Assembly (NCBI RefSeq): GCF_001194135.2
Contig: NC_068985.1
Span: 99,262,395-99,306,359 of the forward strand
Direction: 5' to 3'
DNA: 43,965 nucleotides
DNA from: Octopus bimaculoides
Lineage: Eukaryota
Program-made: the position numbers and the translations under genes
Notes under the pieces: model-generated
Told to the model about the DNA's origin: nothing
Databases searched by the model: none
What the model saw: the letters and a program-made list of their open reading frames with translations, nothing else
Shown here: positions 10,756 to 23,605 of the stretch, in pieces
Position numbering within the stretch: the first letter of the stretch is position 1
Layout of the letters: every line of letters begins with the position of its first letter

Positions 10756-12628
10756 TATGCCTATCTCTCCCTCTCCGTATAAATATATATATGTGTATAT
10801 ATATGTATATACAAGTATATACATATATATACATATATACAACTCAATACATCTCCGTTTGTTTATATGTGTGAGTATGCATGTGGAAATTATGGTATAC
10901 GCACAGATACTTTTAAGCACGTGATATTCATTAAATTAGATTTGAATATATACAAGAAAACAAAACCTCGAAAATCACTGAGATAAAAGCTGTCGATGCA
11001 TACATTTCTTTGTTGTATTTTCTCCTCGACTTTTGTCCGAAGGCACTTCTAGGAAAACGCACCACATCTAAGAAACAAGGCTCTGTAACTTGCTCGTGCT
11101 TACGTATGTATGAATGCATATATTTATGTACATGTGTATGTTTGTATGTATACACGTATGTATGTATGTATTTATGTATGTATGTACGTATGTATGTATT
11201 TATGTACGTATGTNNNNNNNNNNNNNNNNNNNNNNNNNNNNNNNNNNNNNNNNNNNNNNNNNNNNNNNNNNNNNNNNNNNNNNNNNNNNNNNNNNNNNNN
11301 NNNNNNNNNNNNNNNNNNNNNNNNNNNNNNNNNNNNNNNNNNNNNNNNNNNNNNNNNNNNNNNNNNNNNNNNNNNNNNNNNNNNNNNNNNNNNNNNNNNN
11401 NNNNNNNNNNNNNNNNNNNNNNNNNNNNNNNNNNNNNNNNNNNNNNNNNNNNNNNNNNNNNNNNNNNNNNNNNNNNNNNNNNNNNNNNNNNNNNNNNNNN
11501 NNNNNNNNNNNNNNNNNNNNNNNNNNNNNNNNNNNNNNNNNNNNNNNNNNNNNNNNNNNNNNNNNNNNNNNNNNNNNNNNNNNNNNNNNNNNNNNNNNNN
11601 NNNNNNNNNNNNNNNNNNNNNNNNNNNNNNNNNNNNNNNNNNNNNNNNNNNNNNNNNNNNNNNNNNNNNNNNNNNNNNNNNNNNNNNNNNNNNNNNNNNN
11701 NNNNNNNNNNNNNNNNNNNNNNNNNNNNNNNNNNNNNNNNNNNNNNNNNNNNNNNNNNNNNNNNNNNNNNNNNNNNNNNNNNNNNNNNNNNNNNNNNNNN
11801 NNNNNNNNNNNNNNNNNNNNNNNNNNNNNNNNNNNNNNNNNNNNNNNNNNNNNNNNNNNNNNNNTATATATATATATATATTATATATATGCATATGAAT
11901 GTATAATTATGCGTGTGTGTGTGGACCTTAAAAGGAATGTCAGCAACTTTAATATTAACAACAACAGGAACAACGACAACATTAATGGTAACAATAATAA
12001 TAATGATATAATAATATTGAGTTCTTTTATTAGCCTCATGAGCATAGATAAGGTGGCATCACGTGGAAAAATGATTATTTGCGTGGGGATTTGCATAAAG
12101 GATGAGAAGATAGAAACAGGAAAGACAGTGTAATGCGATAAAGGTATGCACAGTATACGAAGTATGTGATGAGATGAATGAAACTTGAGAAACTGCTGCT
12201 AGAGCCAATTAAGAAACCCCACAGAGTCAAGATTACCGTGACCACCAAAGGTATGTGCCATGGATCCTTCACACTACTCTAAAGATGCCTATTTAGAGTA
12301 GAGCCATTTACTCTAACCATTTTTGCCAGTCACCCATCTTTTCACAAATTCACTGGGTGGTGGTACTTCCCTGAAATTGATGTTTGTCTTCAATTATTTC
12401 CATTTCGTCATCCAGGCAAACTGTTTTACCATAGGCAATAGAGAAAGCAACACCTCCTGTCCTGCCTTGTTAAAGGTGGTTGGTGGGACGATCCTCACGA
12501 TGGATTCAGCCGAGAGTCTCAATTGCTCCACATGAGGTAACAACTGTTCAATATAAATCTACAAGCCAACAATATTCGGAAACTACAAGATTGTATGGGG
12601 AAAGCTTTAGTCGCTCTGTACGCATCTC

Positions 12629-12665
<37 letters not shown>

Positions 12666-12839
12666 CAATAGTAGTTGTAACAAGGAAGAGTATTATGAGC
12701 TAAATTTGAAAACAATATCCCTACAAAGAAAATAACGATAATATTCGTATCATCACCATCATCATCATCATCGTCGTCGTCGTCATCGTCGTCGTCTTCA
12801 TCATCATCATCACCATCATTATCATCATCATCACCATCG

Positions 12840-12901
<62 letters not shown>

Positions 12902-13035
12902 GTCATCATCATCATGGTCATCATCATTGTTGCTATGGTCACCGTTGTCTTCGTCGTTATTGCTGATGTTTATCAACATCATTGCTCTTGTCATCCTGAT
13001 TATGGCAACAATAATAATGACAATGCCAACAGAAA

Positions 13036-13084
<49 letters not shown>
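12629..13084. repeat. Compound trinucleotide microsatellites (TAG)n, (CAT/CGT)n, (CTA)n
   Basis: Read directly. These explain the poly-D, poly-M and poly-L ORFs. Confidence 0.95.
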
Positions 13085-13085
<1 letters not shown>

Positions 13086-13104
13086 ACGTGTAGTTGTTTC
13101 TTTT

Positions 13105-13270
13105 ATTACCCGCGTCAATTACACTTTAAATGGTATCTTACTTTATCGGGAAGGTACTAACCGAAGGCAAATTTGAACTCTGAACCTAAGGAACCTTAGG
13201 CAATTCTACGTGCTTTGCCGATTGCAGAAATTCACAGCTCCTGTTCTCGGACGCTTCTAGCGATTCTGTA
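13105..13270 (-). mobile_element. SINE family A, highly degenerate
   Basis: GGTATCTTACTTTATCG...AATTTGAACTCTGAAC...CTAGCGATTCTG. Confidence 0.4.
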
Positions 13271-14114
13271 TTGCAACAAAAGTAGCAACATTTGCAACAG
13301 GATCATCGTGAGAATGAATAATATTGCCTGATATGTGATATGGCGAAAATATGGTAAAGAATATTAAAATATAATCGTAGTCATATTTTCATCATACATC
13401 ACTTTCTTCGTCATCATCCTTATCTCTGTCATAATAGGGGATCACAATGTGCTCCCAAATTTGGCAAGACGTCACACTTCCCGCTGGAAACTATATACAA
13501 AGCGCAAGTCTACTCATGCAAGCGATGAAAAAAAATTACAAAATACCGACAGAGCATTTTCTCCTTTGTGCATATCCAGGTAGATTGTGCTTTATTGAAT
13601 CACCTTTACACAAAGTTCGCAATTAACCAGAATTTACCTCTTAGTTAGAGACTGAAGAAAAAAAGATAATGAAAAAAATCGTAGTATCAATTAGGAGCGA
13701 GTCTCAGTGGAAAAAAAAACAAAGAATAAAGAATAAAATTTTAGGAAATTGGGAATTAATTTCACAGTAATTAAATATTCAATCTCAGGGTAAAAATATT
13801 GAATCTTGATAAAACTGTTATCAGAATATTTTTGCAGGTAGAAAAAAAAAAGTCATACGAACAATTCTAAGCCGGGATAATTTGCATAAAGTTAAAATAA
13901 TCGGTTATGAAAATTAACCGAAGTAGGTCAAAGACAAGAAATAATATTACTTGGAAGCGTGGTGAGGTACTGAATAATATTCGCATGGAATTTTGAAGTA
14001 GATGTCGCTTTGTGGTAAGAAAAATTCCGGCTCCAGTCTCATTGCTTGCTAAAGTGACAATCTTGTTATAATAGCACTGTGCCGACGAAAGTCTTGTGGG
14101 ATTTGCATGACGAA

Positions 14115-14254
14115 TACTTCAGTGCGTAACTGGTACTTAATTTATCGACCCCCGAAAGGATGAAAGGTAAAGTCGACCTCGGCGGAATTTGAACTCAGAA
14201 CGGAACGGCAGACGAAATACCGCTAAGCATTTCGCCCGGCGTGCAAACGTTTCT
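14115..14254 (-). mobile_element. SINE family A
   Basis: Near-consensus GGTACTTAATTTATCGACCCCCGAAAGGATGAAAGGTAAAGTCGACCTCGGCGGAATTTGAACTCAG. Confidence 0.9.
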
Positions 14255-14485
14255 TATTTCTTTATTGCCCACGAGGGGCTAAACATATATGGGACAAACA
14301 AGGACAGACAAGCGGATTAAGTCGATTATATCAACTCCAGTGATTAACTGGTACTTATTTAATCGACCTCGAAAGGATGAAAGGCAAAGTCGACTTCGGC
14401 GGAATTTGAACTCAGAACGTAGCGGCAGACGAAATACCGCTAAGCATTTTGCACGGTATGCTAACGTTTCTGCTAGCTCGCTGCT
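14255..14485 (-). mobile_element. SINE family A, full length, alternative 3' tail
   Basis: Complete head and central domain. The 3' part (GGGACAAACAAGGACAGACAAGCGG on +) differs from that of 39189-39406. Confidence 0.9.
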
Positions 14486-15083
14486 TTCATTTACCCAAAT
14501 ATTGCAAAAAGTTTTGACTCAACACAATAACTAAGTCGTGGTAAGTTGCCTCTACTTTGATTGCCTGGCAATTTCATAGGAATGTAAATAAAATGCAAGC
14601 TAGTACCTTCTTGGTAATTTTCATTAACATTTTTTTATTCACAGAGTAAATGCATTGTTGAATATTGTTTAAATATTCTTCCCGCAGATTAATTGCATCA
14701 CATTCAATTTAATTAACAGAGATGAGAAAAAAAAAAGACCAAAAGATCCTTCATAGGAAAGGGAATGATTTAGAAACCCTGGAATAAAAACTTCTGCAAA
14801 AACAATTATTATACTATAAACAATATGACTGAATTGTTTATCTCTGGTGTAGATATATCTGTATGAGAAAAGAAAAGTAAAGATAATGCAGGAAGAATTT
14901 AACTGATCGACTCTGAGTACCAATAATTGCGAAGTACTAAATTATTTAAAAGGTATCGATCATATTTTCTCTCTTTTTAGACTGCTTCATCCTTTCTCCA
15001 TTTTAAAACTGTCTTAACGTCTTACTACATTTTTTTTTGTGAATCTGGTTTCAAAGTTAAATTTGATTTGCTCTTTTTTGCTT

Positions 15084-15129
<46 letters not shown>

Positions 15130-15904
15130 ATTTATAATAATTTTGGATTTTAAAACTGCCTTTTATTGTTAATGAAAGTCGACGTTATATTTATTTACTA
15201 CCAGGCTTTTACTGACATAATTTCTTCATTAGATAAATTTTGAAAAAAAGTTTAAATATATTTGCATAGTTATATTTTGTGGTAACCAAAGTTAATAAAA
15301 CAATTTACATCGTTTGTCATCAAGGGCATAAAAAAAAGTAATTTTGTAATGTTTACAATTATTTGGAAATATCAATTATGGCATATTTTCCTATTTATTT
15401 TCTTCTACTTTTAGTGCATTTTCCTTAACAAATTAGTACAAATTAAATAAAAAGAAATTATATCTAGATTTTATATCTAGCAGTGTACGACTGAAGAAAG
15501 ATTAAGCTCAACTAAATAGTTCTCCATTGAACGAAAGAAAAGGTTTTCTCCATCCTTAATAAGAAAAAGGATGTTTTTAATTACTCTGTGAATAAATTAC
15601 ACTCAAGCATAATACATTTATCGCTGTAGATTAAAAAAAAAACGAAATTGTAAGACGATGAATTTATGAACAATATACTGGATTCTAATGAAATTTTCAG
15701 GCGAAAAAATCACATGTCTTTAGTGCAATGGAAATTACACAAGATGAATTTGGTGGCGAACACCGACTAATTCTTGAGCCAACGATGAAGTCTCCCTGCA
15801 AGACAAGTTTCCCTTCATTACGTTCTTTCAATTTGCTAGATTAGGCAACGAAATCTCCTTTGGATACACCCTACGTAATTTTTTTTAGCAGAAACTGTTT
15901 AAAA

Positions 15905-16071
15905 GATTTAGTGGATCTGGTTAGAAGTTTGCTTTCCAATCACTTGCTTCCAGCTTCAGTCCCACTGCATGGCAACTTGGACAAGTGCTTTCTACTATAC
16001 AATCGGGCCGGCCAAAGCCTTATAAGGGGATTTGGTAGGTAGAAACTAAAAGAAGCCCATGGTATATGTAT

Positions 16072-16103
<32 letters not shown>

Positions 16104-16328
16104 AGAGCGTGTTTGTGTGTGTATGTGTGTGTTCATGTGTCTCTGTTTGTCACTTCCAGCCATCGATTGACAGCCGGCGTCGATGTGCTGACGTCCCTGT
16201 AACTTAGTGGTTCGAGAAGAGATGACGATAGAATAAATACCAGCACTGAAATCGATTCATTCGATTCCTTCAAGGCAGTGCCCTAGCATGGCCTCAGTAT
16301 AATGACAGAAATAAGTAAATGATAAAAG
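15905..16328 (+). mobile_element. SINE family B, full length, diverged
   Basis: TTCAGTCCCACTGCATGGCAACTTGGACAAGTG...AAAGAAGCCC, then (TA)(TG)n, then ACGTCCCTGTAACTTAG...AGCATGGCC...GATAAAAG. Confidence 0.85.
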
Positions 16329-16336
16329 TTAACTGA

Positions 16337-16483
16337 TATTCTTTTCTTCACTAGGCACAAGGCCCGAAATTTGGGGGAGGTGGCCAGTCGATTAGATCGC
16401 AGTTGGTACTTAATTTATAGACCCCGAAAGGATGAAACGCGAAGTCAACCTCGGCGGAATTTGAACTCAGAGCGTAAAGACAG
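16337..16483 (-). mobile_element. SINE family A, 5'-truncated
   Basis: CTAGGCACAAGGCCCGAAATTT...GGTACTTAATTTAT...GAACTCAG. Confidence 0.85.
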
Positions 16484-16595
16484 CCGGGTGGATAAATTAA
16501 GTACCAGTTGAACACTTGGTGGTGGTTGGTTGTGATATACTCGACTTCATATTTCCCGCGGAATTGCTAGCCAAGTGCCGAAATTGGAAATCAAC
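16484..16595 (+). mobile_element. SINE family A 3' half, fused in inverted orientation to the preceding copy
   Basis: GATAAATTAAGTACCAGTTGAACAC...GAATTGCTAGCCAAGTGCCGAAATTGGAAATC. Confidence 0.65.
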
Positions 16596-17486
16596 ATATA
16601 GTAAAGAATATTTATAAAAAGTAAATTAACGCAAACTCAACGAAACATAATCTCATTTTTATGCAATAACAAGATTATTAGCATAAAATCAGTGATCCAC
16701 AGTGTAGTTATCCTGTTTAGATTTATTTATCAGATGCAGTAAGCATTGTAACGTTTTTCCTCATCTGGTAAAATGCAGAAGCTAAGATAATATGTGAAAT
16801 AAAGAAGCATAAAACCCAGGAATGAAAAGGAAGGTTCTTTTTCTTCTGATTTTCCTGAATTATGAAAGTGTTCAATAAATGTATATGTTTGGTTTTTGAA
16901 TGAGATTTTGGAATGTAAGTTAATCTCAGTGTTCGGGGGAAGCTTTATGGAAAAAAAACCCCTGTTTTCTCAAACGAAACGTATTCAATTATCATTAGTC
17001 TTGCTAAACATTTGCCGTACTGGAGTAGATAAGAGTTTTAAAACCATTAGCAGTATAAATAATCTTAACTATATGAAATTTGATCGAAGTATTTAGTTCT
17101 TGTGGGTAAATAATACCAAACAAGTGAATCAAAAATAATACGCAGAGGAATGAGTGGGAAGAAATATAAAAATGGGATTAATACCTCAGAATATCCCTAT
17201 CTACTTTTTATTAATAATTAAAAGGGAATCAACGAAGCTGATTCTAAAGGACAGCGTAAAAGCATCAAAACAGCCTGTATTTTATTTCTTACAGCTTAAG
17301 CTGTATAGCATGCATCGTGAAAACATTTAGCGCCGAGATTTAAGAATGAACAAGAGGAAGTGTTGTTCTGTTTAGGTAAATGCAGTATTAGCGACAGTGA
17401 TATAGTATATAGATGTGTGGTTGTGCGTCTGTGTGCGCGCGCGCGCGTGTATGTGTGCGTGAAAGATTGTCTCTTGTAACTGTTAT

Positions 17487-17950
17487 ATTCTTTTATTCTT
17501 TTATTTGGTTGGGTCATTTGAGTGAGGCCATGATGGAGCACCGCTTTGAAGGATTTTAGTCGAACAAATTGACAACAAGACTAATATATTTCAAAGCTAG
17601 TATTTATTTCATCGTGCTCTTTTTCCGAAACGATAACTTACGGGAACGTAAACACACCAACACCGGTTGTCAATCGGTGATGGTTGGTGGGGGACAAATA
17701 CAGACAGACACACATACACACACACGGACACGCACATAAACACACACACACACACAAACACACACGCACACACACACACACATTTATATGTATGACGGGC
17801 TTCTTTCAGTTCCCGTCTACTAAATCCACTCAAAAAGCTATGGTCGGCTCGAGGCTATAGTAGAAGACACTTGTCCAAGTTGAAATGCAATGGAACTGAA
17901 CCCGGAACCATGTGGTTGGGAAGCAAGCTTCTTACCACGCAGTTACTCAT
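17487..17950 (-). mobile_element. SINE family B, full length
   Basis: Colinear with 26332-26746, with an internal (CA)n on +. Confidence 0.85.
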
Positions 17951-19262
17951 GTATGCTTATTTAGGAATGATAGACTTAGACCTTCTCCTCCTTGGCACGT
18001 GTCTTTTTAGCCATATCCGCTCTACTGCAAGCATTGCAGCAAAGTTCCTCGCTTGATCATAATTTCATTGCTTTTCTCTTGCTATACTCAGTGGCACCAG
18101 GAAGAATGATAAGCGCTAACGATCACAAAAGTACACAGTACTGTAGAACCAACGATTATTGCCCTTAATCCTAAGGTCAGTTCTCTCAGTGAGAGATATG
18201 CTCTAGACAGGAGGCTTATAAAAAGAAAATTTTATTTTTCATTTGTAAAAACATATCAAAGGTCCGAGCAAAAGGGAAAAGAAGAAAAAGAAAAGTAAAA
18301 AGCACAATCTCTCTTTGACATTTGGGATTTAGAAAGAATTACTTCAGTTTTTTTTTTCTGTTCTGTTAAACACAATGATTATCCTAATATAAAGTCAATC
18401 TTATAATGCTTGCTAAATTAATTAGACTAACGAGTAAAATTAGTTTCATATAAGATGTAAAGTTAAATGTTCCTACTTCATATTGGAGATTTTGTGCTTT
18501 TGTAGTTTTGATTTACATAATTTGCAGGTAATGAAGACGTTTAGAAGACATTAATCCATATATTATTTTGAGATGTGGGAAATTGTGACTCATACAAATT
18601 GATCGAAATTAAGCAGTCAACACTAATGAGATAAAACGTGCACTACTCGAATATTTTCATGACCAAAAGTATCCAGCAACGGATCTTATAATCAAATATA
18701 TTCGCGGTAAATATTAGCTCTCGGAACGTTTCTGCTTCAAGAGAACTAATAAAATAGCGAATGAAGTAAAACTGAGGTAAAAATTATCAAAGTTGCTTTG
18801 AGATGAAACACACGCTAACGAAGTCAACTTGTTCTTTTGAACTTCAGAGCTGAATATCCAGATAAAAATATCAGATGAAAATTCTTTAACACCTGGCACG
18901 AAGATAAAAGCGGTTAACCTCTCCGGAACCCAAAAGAAAAACGGAAAATAAACCAAAGCAAGAAATGTAAAGGAATAAAATTCTCTTCTTGAGAAATGTA
19001 CCTCCTATCCATAAAAATATCTGGAAATGTTCACACTAGGGGAAAATGTCAGTAAAAACTGATAAAGAATATTGCGATCAAAGGATTAATTCAGTCATAT
19101 ATTTTCCTTTAATTCCCAGTCACTTGTGTTGGCGCTATTTTTATTATTAGAAACGCGCACACATTTCACAGATGTTAGCATGTCGATAAAAAATGGTGTA
19201 TGATATGATATGACATATGTTATGATATGATACATACATTCACACATCAGTATATGTTCATA

Positions 19263-19317
<55 letters not shown>

Positions 19318-19580
19318 NNNNNNNNNNNNNNNNNNNNNNNNNNNNNNNNNNNNNNNNNNNNNNNNNNNNNNNNNNNNNNNNNNNNNNNNNNNNNNNNNNN
19401 NNNNNNNNNNNNNNNNNNNNNNNNNNNNNNNNNNNNNNNNNNNNNNNNNNNNNNNNNNNNNNNNNNNNNNNNNNNNNNNNNNNNNNNNNNNNNNNNNNNN
19501 NNNNNNNNNNNNNNNNNNNNNNNNNNNNNNNNNNNNNNNNNNNNNNNNNNNNNNNNNNNNNNNNNNNNNNNNNNNNNNNN

Positions 19581-19611
<31 letters not shown>

Positions 19612-20819
19612 TATATACATATATATATATGAGTTTGGAAGATCAAAACGAGTGGAATGTCAAGTCTCGCTTATCTGCTTCTTCAGGTAGAGTGTTTGAA
19701 CAAACCAATAAACGAAACTTGAAGTTCTAGTCAAGTTGATCTCCACAATAGATTCGGCTTTGCTCTCAGAATAGAGGCACGTGATCACTTGGTATTCTTA
19801 AAATTGCCGTAGAATAATCTCACTTTAACACAACACGCAAATACACGCGCGCGCACACACACATGTATACGTATATATTCCTTGTCAGCCTTGTTAACAA
19901 AATGACAATAATACATGCTGGGATAGGCAGAAAAGAGTAAAATTAATGTCACTCACACACTTTTTTGTAGATGACTTAAAGTTATATTGATACATATATA
20001 TACACACATAAACACACACACACACACACATACATGTATGCAACGTATGTACAAGTCTGTTCTTATGTATGCATGTGCGTATATATCTATGTATGTGTGT
20101 GTGTGTGTGTAGGTACGTATGTGTTTATACATGTACGCAAATCCTGGCGCAGTACATAGTGAATTTGAATAATGCTAAATGTATATTATCCGTTTTTCAT
20201 TCGTGAAAAGTAAGCAATATAGGAGAGGTTTAGAAAGACAAGTAAGCATATTCTGACTGGTTTCTAGTTTTATTAGTAATTCGTCAGTAAAAGACTAAAC
20301 ACCTGTCATTCACAGAGATAATTCATTAGCTCTTGATTTGTCCACAGAGATTAAGAATCAGCTAATTTGAGTAGCTTTATTTGCAGAACGATATACGCCT
20401 GGAACACGTTGTTTAATTAATTGACCTATAAGTGCAATTCATTGCAATTTTCGTTGATTTGCACTGTTAGAGATATTCGAAAATTTTTTGGCGCCGCTGT
20501 GGAAAGAAACAAAGGGGGCTAATCCAGGATGCAATCTAACTCGATGCTTGCTTCGTTTTCTTTCAGTCGAAGGAAGAATTCTCATCTGTCTACAGAAATA
20601 TTAATAGATTAATATATCACCGTCATCTGTATATTATGCAAGCTCAGCTAAACTGTCCATTCAGTTATATATCAGACTGCCAGCACCGAAAATGAAATTT
20701 AATTAATGAATTTTCACCAAACAACGTTTGAAGCTAATTTGAAGTATATACGTCTCAAAAGTATTCAATAATTCTTTGTACTATAGGCAAAACGTCTAAA
20801 ATCTAGTAGTGTAGGATCT

Positions 20820-20972
20820 TCGATGACATTGACACTACTTCTTAATTGTTACTTATTTTATCGACCTTTAAATGATGAAACGAAAAGCCAACCTCGAAGG
20901 GAGAAATGTCGCTAAGCGTTTTTTGTTTCCGGGGGTGGGGTGGGGGCTAACGATACTGTCATCTCGCCGCTT
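20820..20972 (-). mobile_element. SINE family A, degenerate
   Basis: TTACTTATTTTATCGACC...GATGAAA...GCCAACCTCG...GCTAACGATACTG...CTCGCCGC. Confidence 0.6.
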
Positions 20973-21709
20973 TCACATTTTTTAATAATGACAACATTTT
21001 AGATTAAGGTGTGAAATTTAAACAAAATGACAAAAGCGTATTCTTTATTTCTTTTCCGTATTGAGAGAAAACTATGAGCTCCAAATGAATAACTTGTAGT
21101 CTTCTAGTGTTTTCATCAGAGACTGAATACTTAACATAAATACAGTTAGCACCAAGCTGGTAATAGCTACACGTCATGGTGAATACTGCACTCAGATTTA
21201 GCTCAATGTTTCAGTGTCATTTACATTGTAGTGAATGCACTGACAATTAATGTTTGTGTATCAACTGTTCAAGTAATTCATTTCGTATCAGTCAATTCAC
21301 TGAGGCTAAAATTCTATGAATAAAAAAATATATAACTTACATTCAAAATTATGCAGAAACACTGCGCTGTGTCATACATTGTGAATGAAGTAATTAATTC
21401 ACGTTGTCAATGTATTCACTTTTATGCAAATTACATCGACCTGTTCCTAAACAATATAATTAGCTTTAAGCTAATAATCTCTTCTTGTAAAGAAGGGTAA
21501 TCTTTGCTACAGGTTTAAGAAGACTAAAATTTACTGAGATCGCTTCAAATTGTATTATCAATGGAGAGATAAACCAATGGTTTCGTAATTTTCTGTGCAT
21601 TTCATGGCGAGTATAGAGAGTTTATTGAAATGCAGGTACAAATTGATTGATCAGGCCAAGGTGCCAAACCCTTAAACATGGCGGTAAACTTCAAGACAAA
21701 AAATTGAAT

Positions 21710-22410
21710 CTACACTATATAGAATGTATTATATCGATTTCTTAGGAAATGTTCTACTTAAGATAGCGATTTGATTACGAAAAAACATTAGAGACACACA
21801 TCTATCATAAACACGAAATTTCATCTGTCCGTCCGTCCGTCCGTCCGTCCGTCCGTCCGGGACCCCTGTATCTCAGTCGGTATTTGCTCTACATAGATAT
21901 ATTATACCTATTTCGAATCAGGATTATCTCAGGGTTGAAAATCTGTCCCTCATTTAGTTTTTGAACATCCAGCATTGGTATCAGATCTCGAGGAGGATTC
22001 GTCATATGCTAACAGTTAAAAATTCAAATTTTTAAAGAACTCCCCAAAATTGTGAACTTTCAAGCTTTTCATTTAAACTGAAGTAATACTAACTTGGTAG
22101 GGTAACACCATATTTGTATGCGCTTTATTATTATTGCTCTCTTGAGTTTTGGACCGCAAGCTCAATTAGCCTTCTACAAGAGCTAGATTAGAAGTCCGCA
22201 CGGAGTGAGGCTTTTTAGCTAGTAAGGGAATAAAATTATCCTGTTGTGGAATATTAGTTGCATTGCATATAAGTCATTTTCTGAGTATCTCAGCGTGCTG
22301 TATCTATTTTGAGTAAGAATATAACCCTCTTGCACAAAATAGCACATTGGTGTTTTTGGTGAGGCTTAGCCTCAGAATAATCTGATTGAGCAGACCAATG
22401 TTCAAATCTT
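21710..22410. repeat. Dispersed repeat, copy 1 (host of the Helitron)
   Basis: 21710-21800 plus 22223-22410 align colinearly with 28297-28590 (shared TATCGATT..TTAGGAAATGTTCTACTT, GAATAAAATTA, TTGCATATAAGT, GTGCTGT.TCTATTTT). Confidence 0.75.
21801..22222 (+). mobile_element. Non-autonomous Helitron, complete, 422 bp
   Basis: Starts TC (TCTATC), has internal (GTCC)n, a subterminal hairpin CCGCAC-GGA-GTGAGG (22196-22210) and ends CTAG (22219-22222). It sits between A and T with no TSD. The empty site is seen in a paralogous repeat at 28399/28400. Confidence 0.85.
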
Positions 22411-23563
22411 TTAACATGAAGGTACATCTCAAGATACAAATTAACAATTAATTCATCTTCTTTGCTCGTTCAACTGAAGGCTTTACAACTATCCAACTAA
22501 ATAAAACAAGTTAGAGGACGACGTTTCACTAAAATCAATAAATTTGATGCAGACGAGACTGGACTTGATTCAGTTTTGTACGATTTGAGAATGGAATTGT
22601 GACTGGCAAGACAATTTCCAATTAAATATTTAGTATTTAATTAGTACTTAAGCATTATGAAAATTTAACATAATTCACAAATCTGTCCCAATATTCACAG
22701 CTTATTCTATACAGAACTTGCTCTGTATATCTATAAATAACACTCAAAGTACAGTTTACTAACCTGCTGCGTTTTTCCATCACCATTTATAATTGTAGTT
22801 CTTCCATATTGTCCAGCTGTAGTTACCCAACAATTCAGCATTTTACTTACATTTCCTGCTTGTCACATACCGCCTGTATATACGTCTCATTCTTATGACG
22901 TATACGTGTCCTCGACCAATGTTCCTAACACTTCTTTTCCATACTGTAATCCATATCAATTCATATTCTATTTGCATTTGAGCCACGTACTGATCGCATT
23001 TACGCATCGAAGAGATTTTAATATCAATATAACATAATAACTATTCCTCTAATTCATTTATTTATTTATTCATTTATTGCCCATTCCTCCATTAATATCG
23101 CATATTTCTCTGTTCATATATTAACAACTTTTATACATTTATTTATTTCAACGTTTTTACTACCTAATGTTTTAGTCTTAATCCTGACGTTTCTTTACGT
23201 ATTTACTTTTCATTTACACGGGCGTGATCTGTGACTGTTTTAACATCCTAAATACACCTCCCTTGTCACCAACCGAATTATATACAATCATAACATATTC
23301 CAAAATATTCCTTGCTTCACTTCCTATTCTTCTCCCTTCGCATCAATTTCATAGGTCTCTATCACATCTCTTTCCCTTCTCTCTTTCCACGTCCAGCCCT
23401 TGCAAAAATATTTCGCAGTATTTCATTCACCCACCACAGCTATGATAAGACCAATGCCTAGTTGTTTTGCATAATGTTTTTTTTTGTGTTTTCCCATCAC
23501 GTCCATGAGTTAGGTGTTTTTAATTTATTTTTTGTACCCACGGGTTGGTTTCCACTCCTCACA

Positions 23564-23605
<42 letters not shown>

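Noticed and set aside
10111-11906. Long ORFs spanning N runs (also at 19.1, 24.6, 35.1, 36.4, 37.8 and 39.4 kb)
   Set aside because: They are open only because N translates as X and the flanks are simple repeats.
12548-12994. Poly-Asp, poly-Met and poly-Ile ORFs (also 4091-4330 and 41343-41862)
   Set aside because: These are translations of trinucleotide microsatellites with no splice or domain support.
18714-18956. 80-aa minus ORF and other 60-85 aa ORFs (7967-8212, 29950-30138, 34696-34941)
   Set aside because: No recognisable motif or convincing splice-site pair, and lengths are compatible with chance.
20932-20948. G-quadruplex candidate GGGGTGGGGTGGGGG
   Set aside because: Only three G-runs, inside a degenerate SINE.
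22879-22904. Hairpin TATACGTC(TC)AT-TCTT-ATGACGTATA; also GGCCTAATAGGCC near 38018
   Set aside because: Short isolated palindromes are expected by chance in 44 kb.
23172-23225. GAAACGTCAGG on the minus strand as a hammerhead 3' half
   Set aside because: No CTGANGA core and no stem II upstream.
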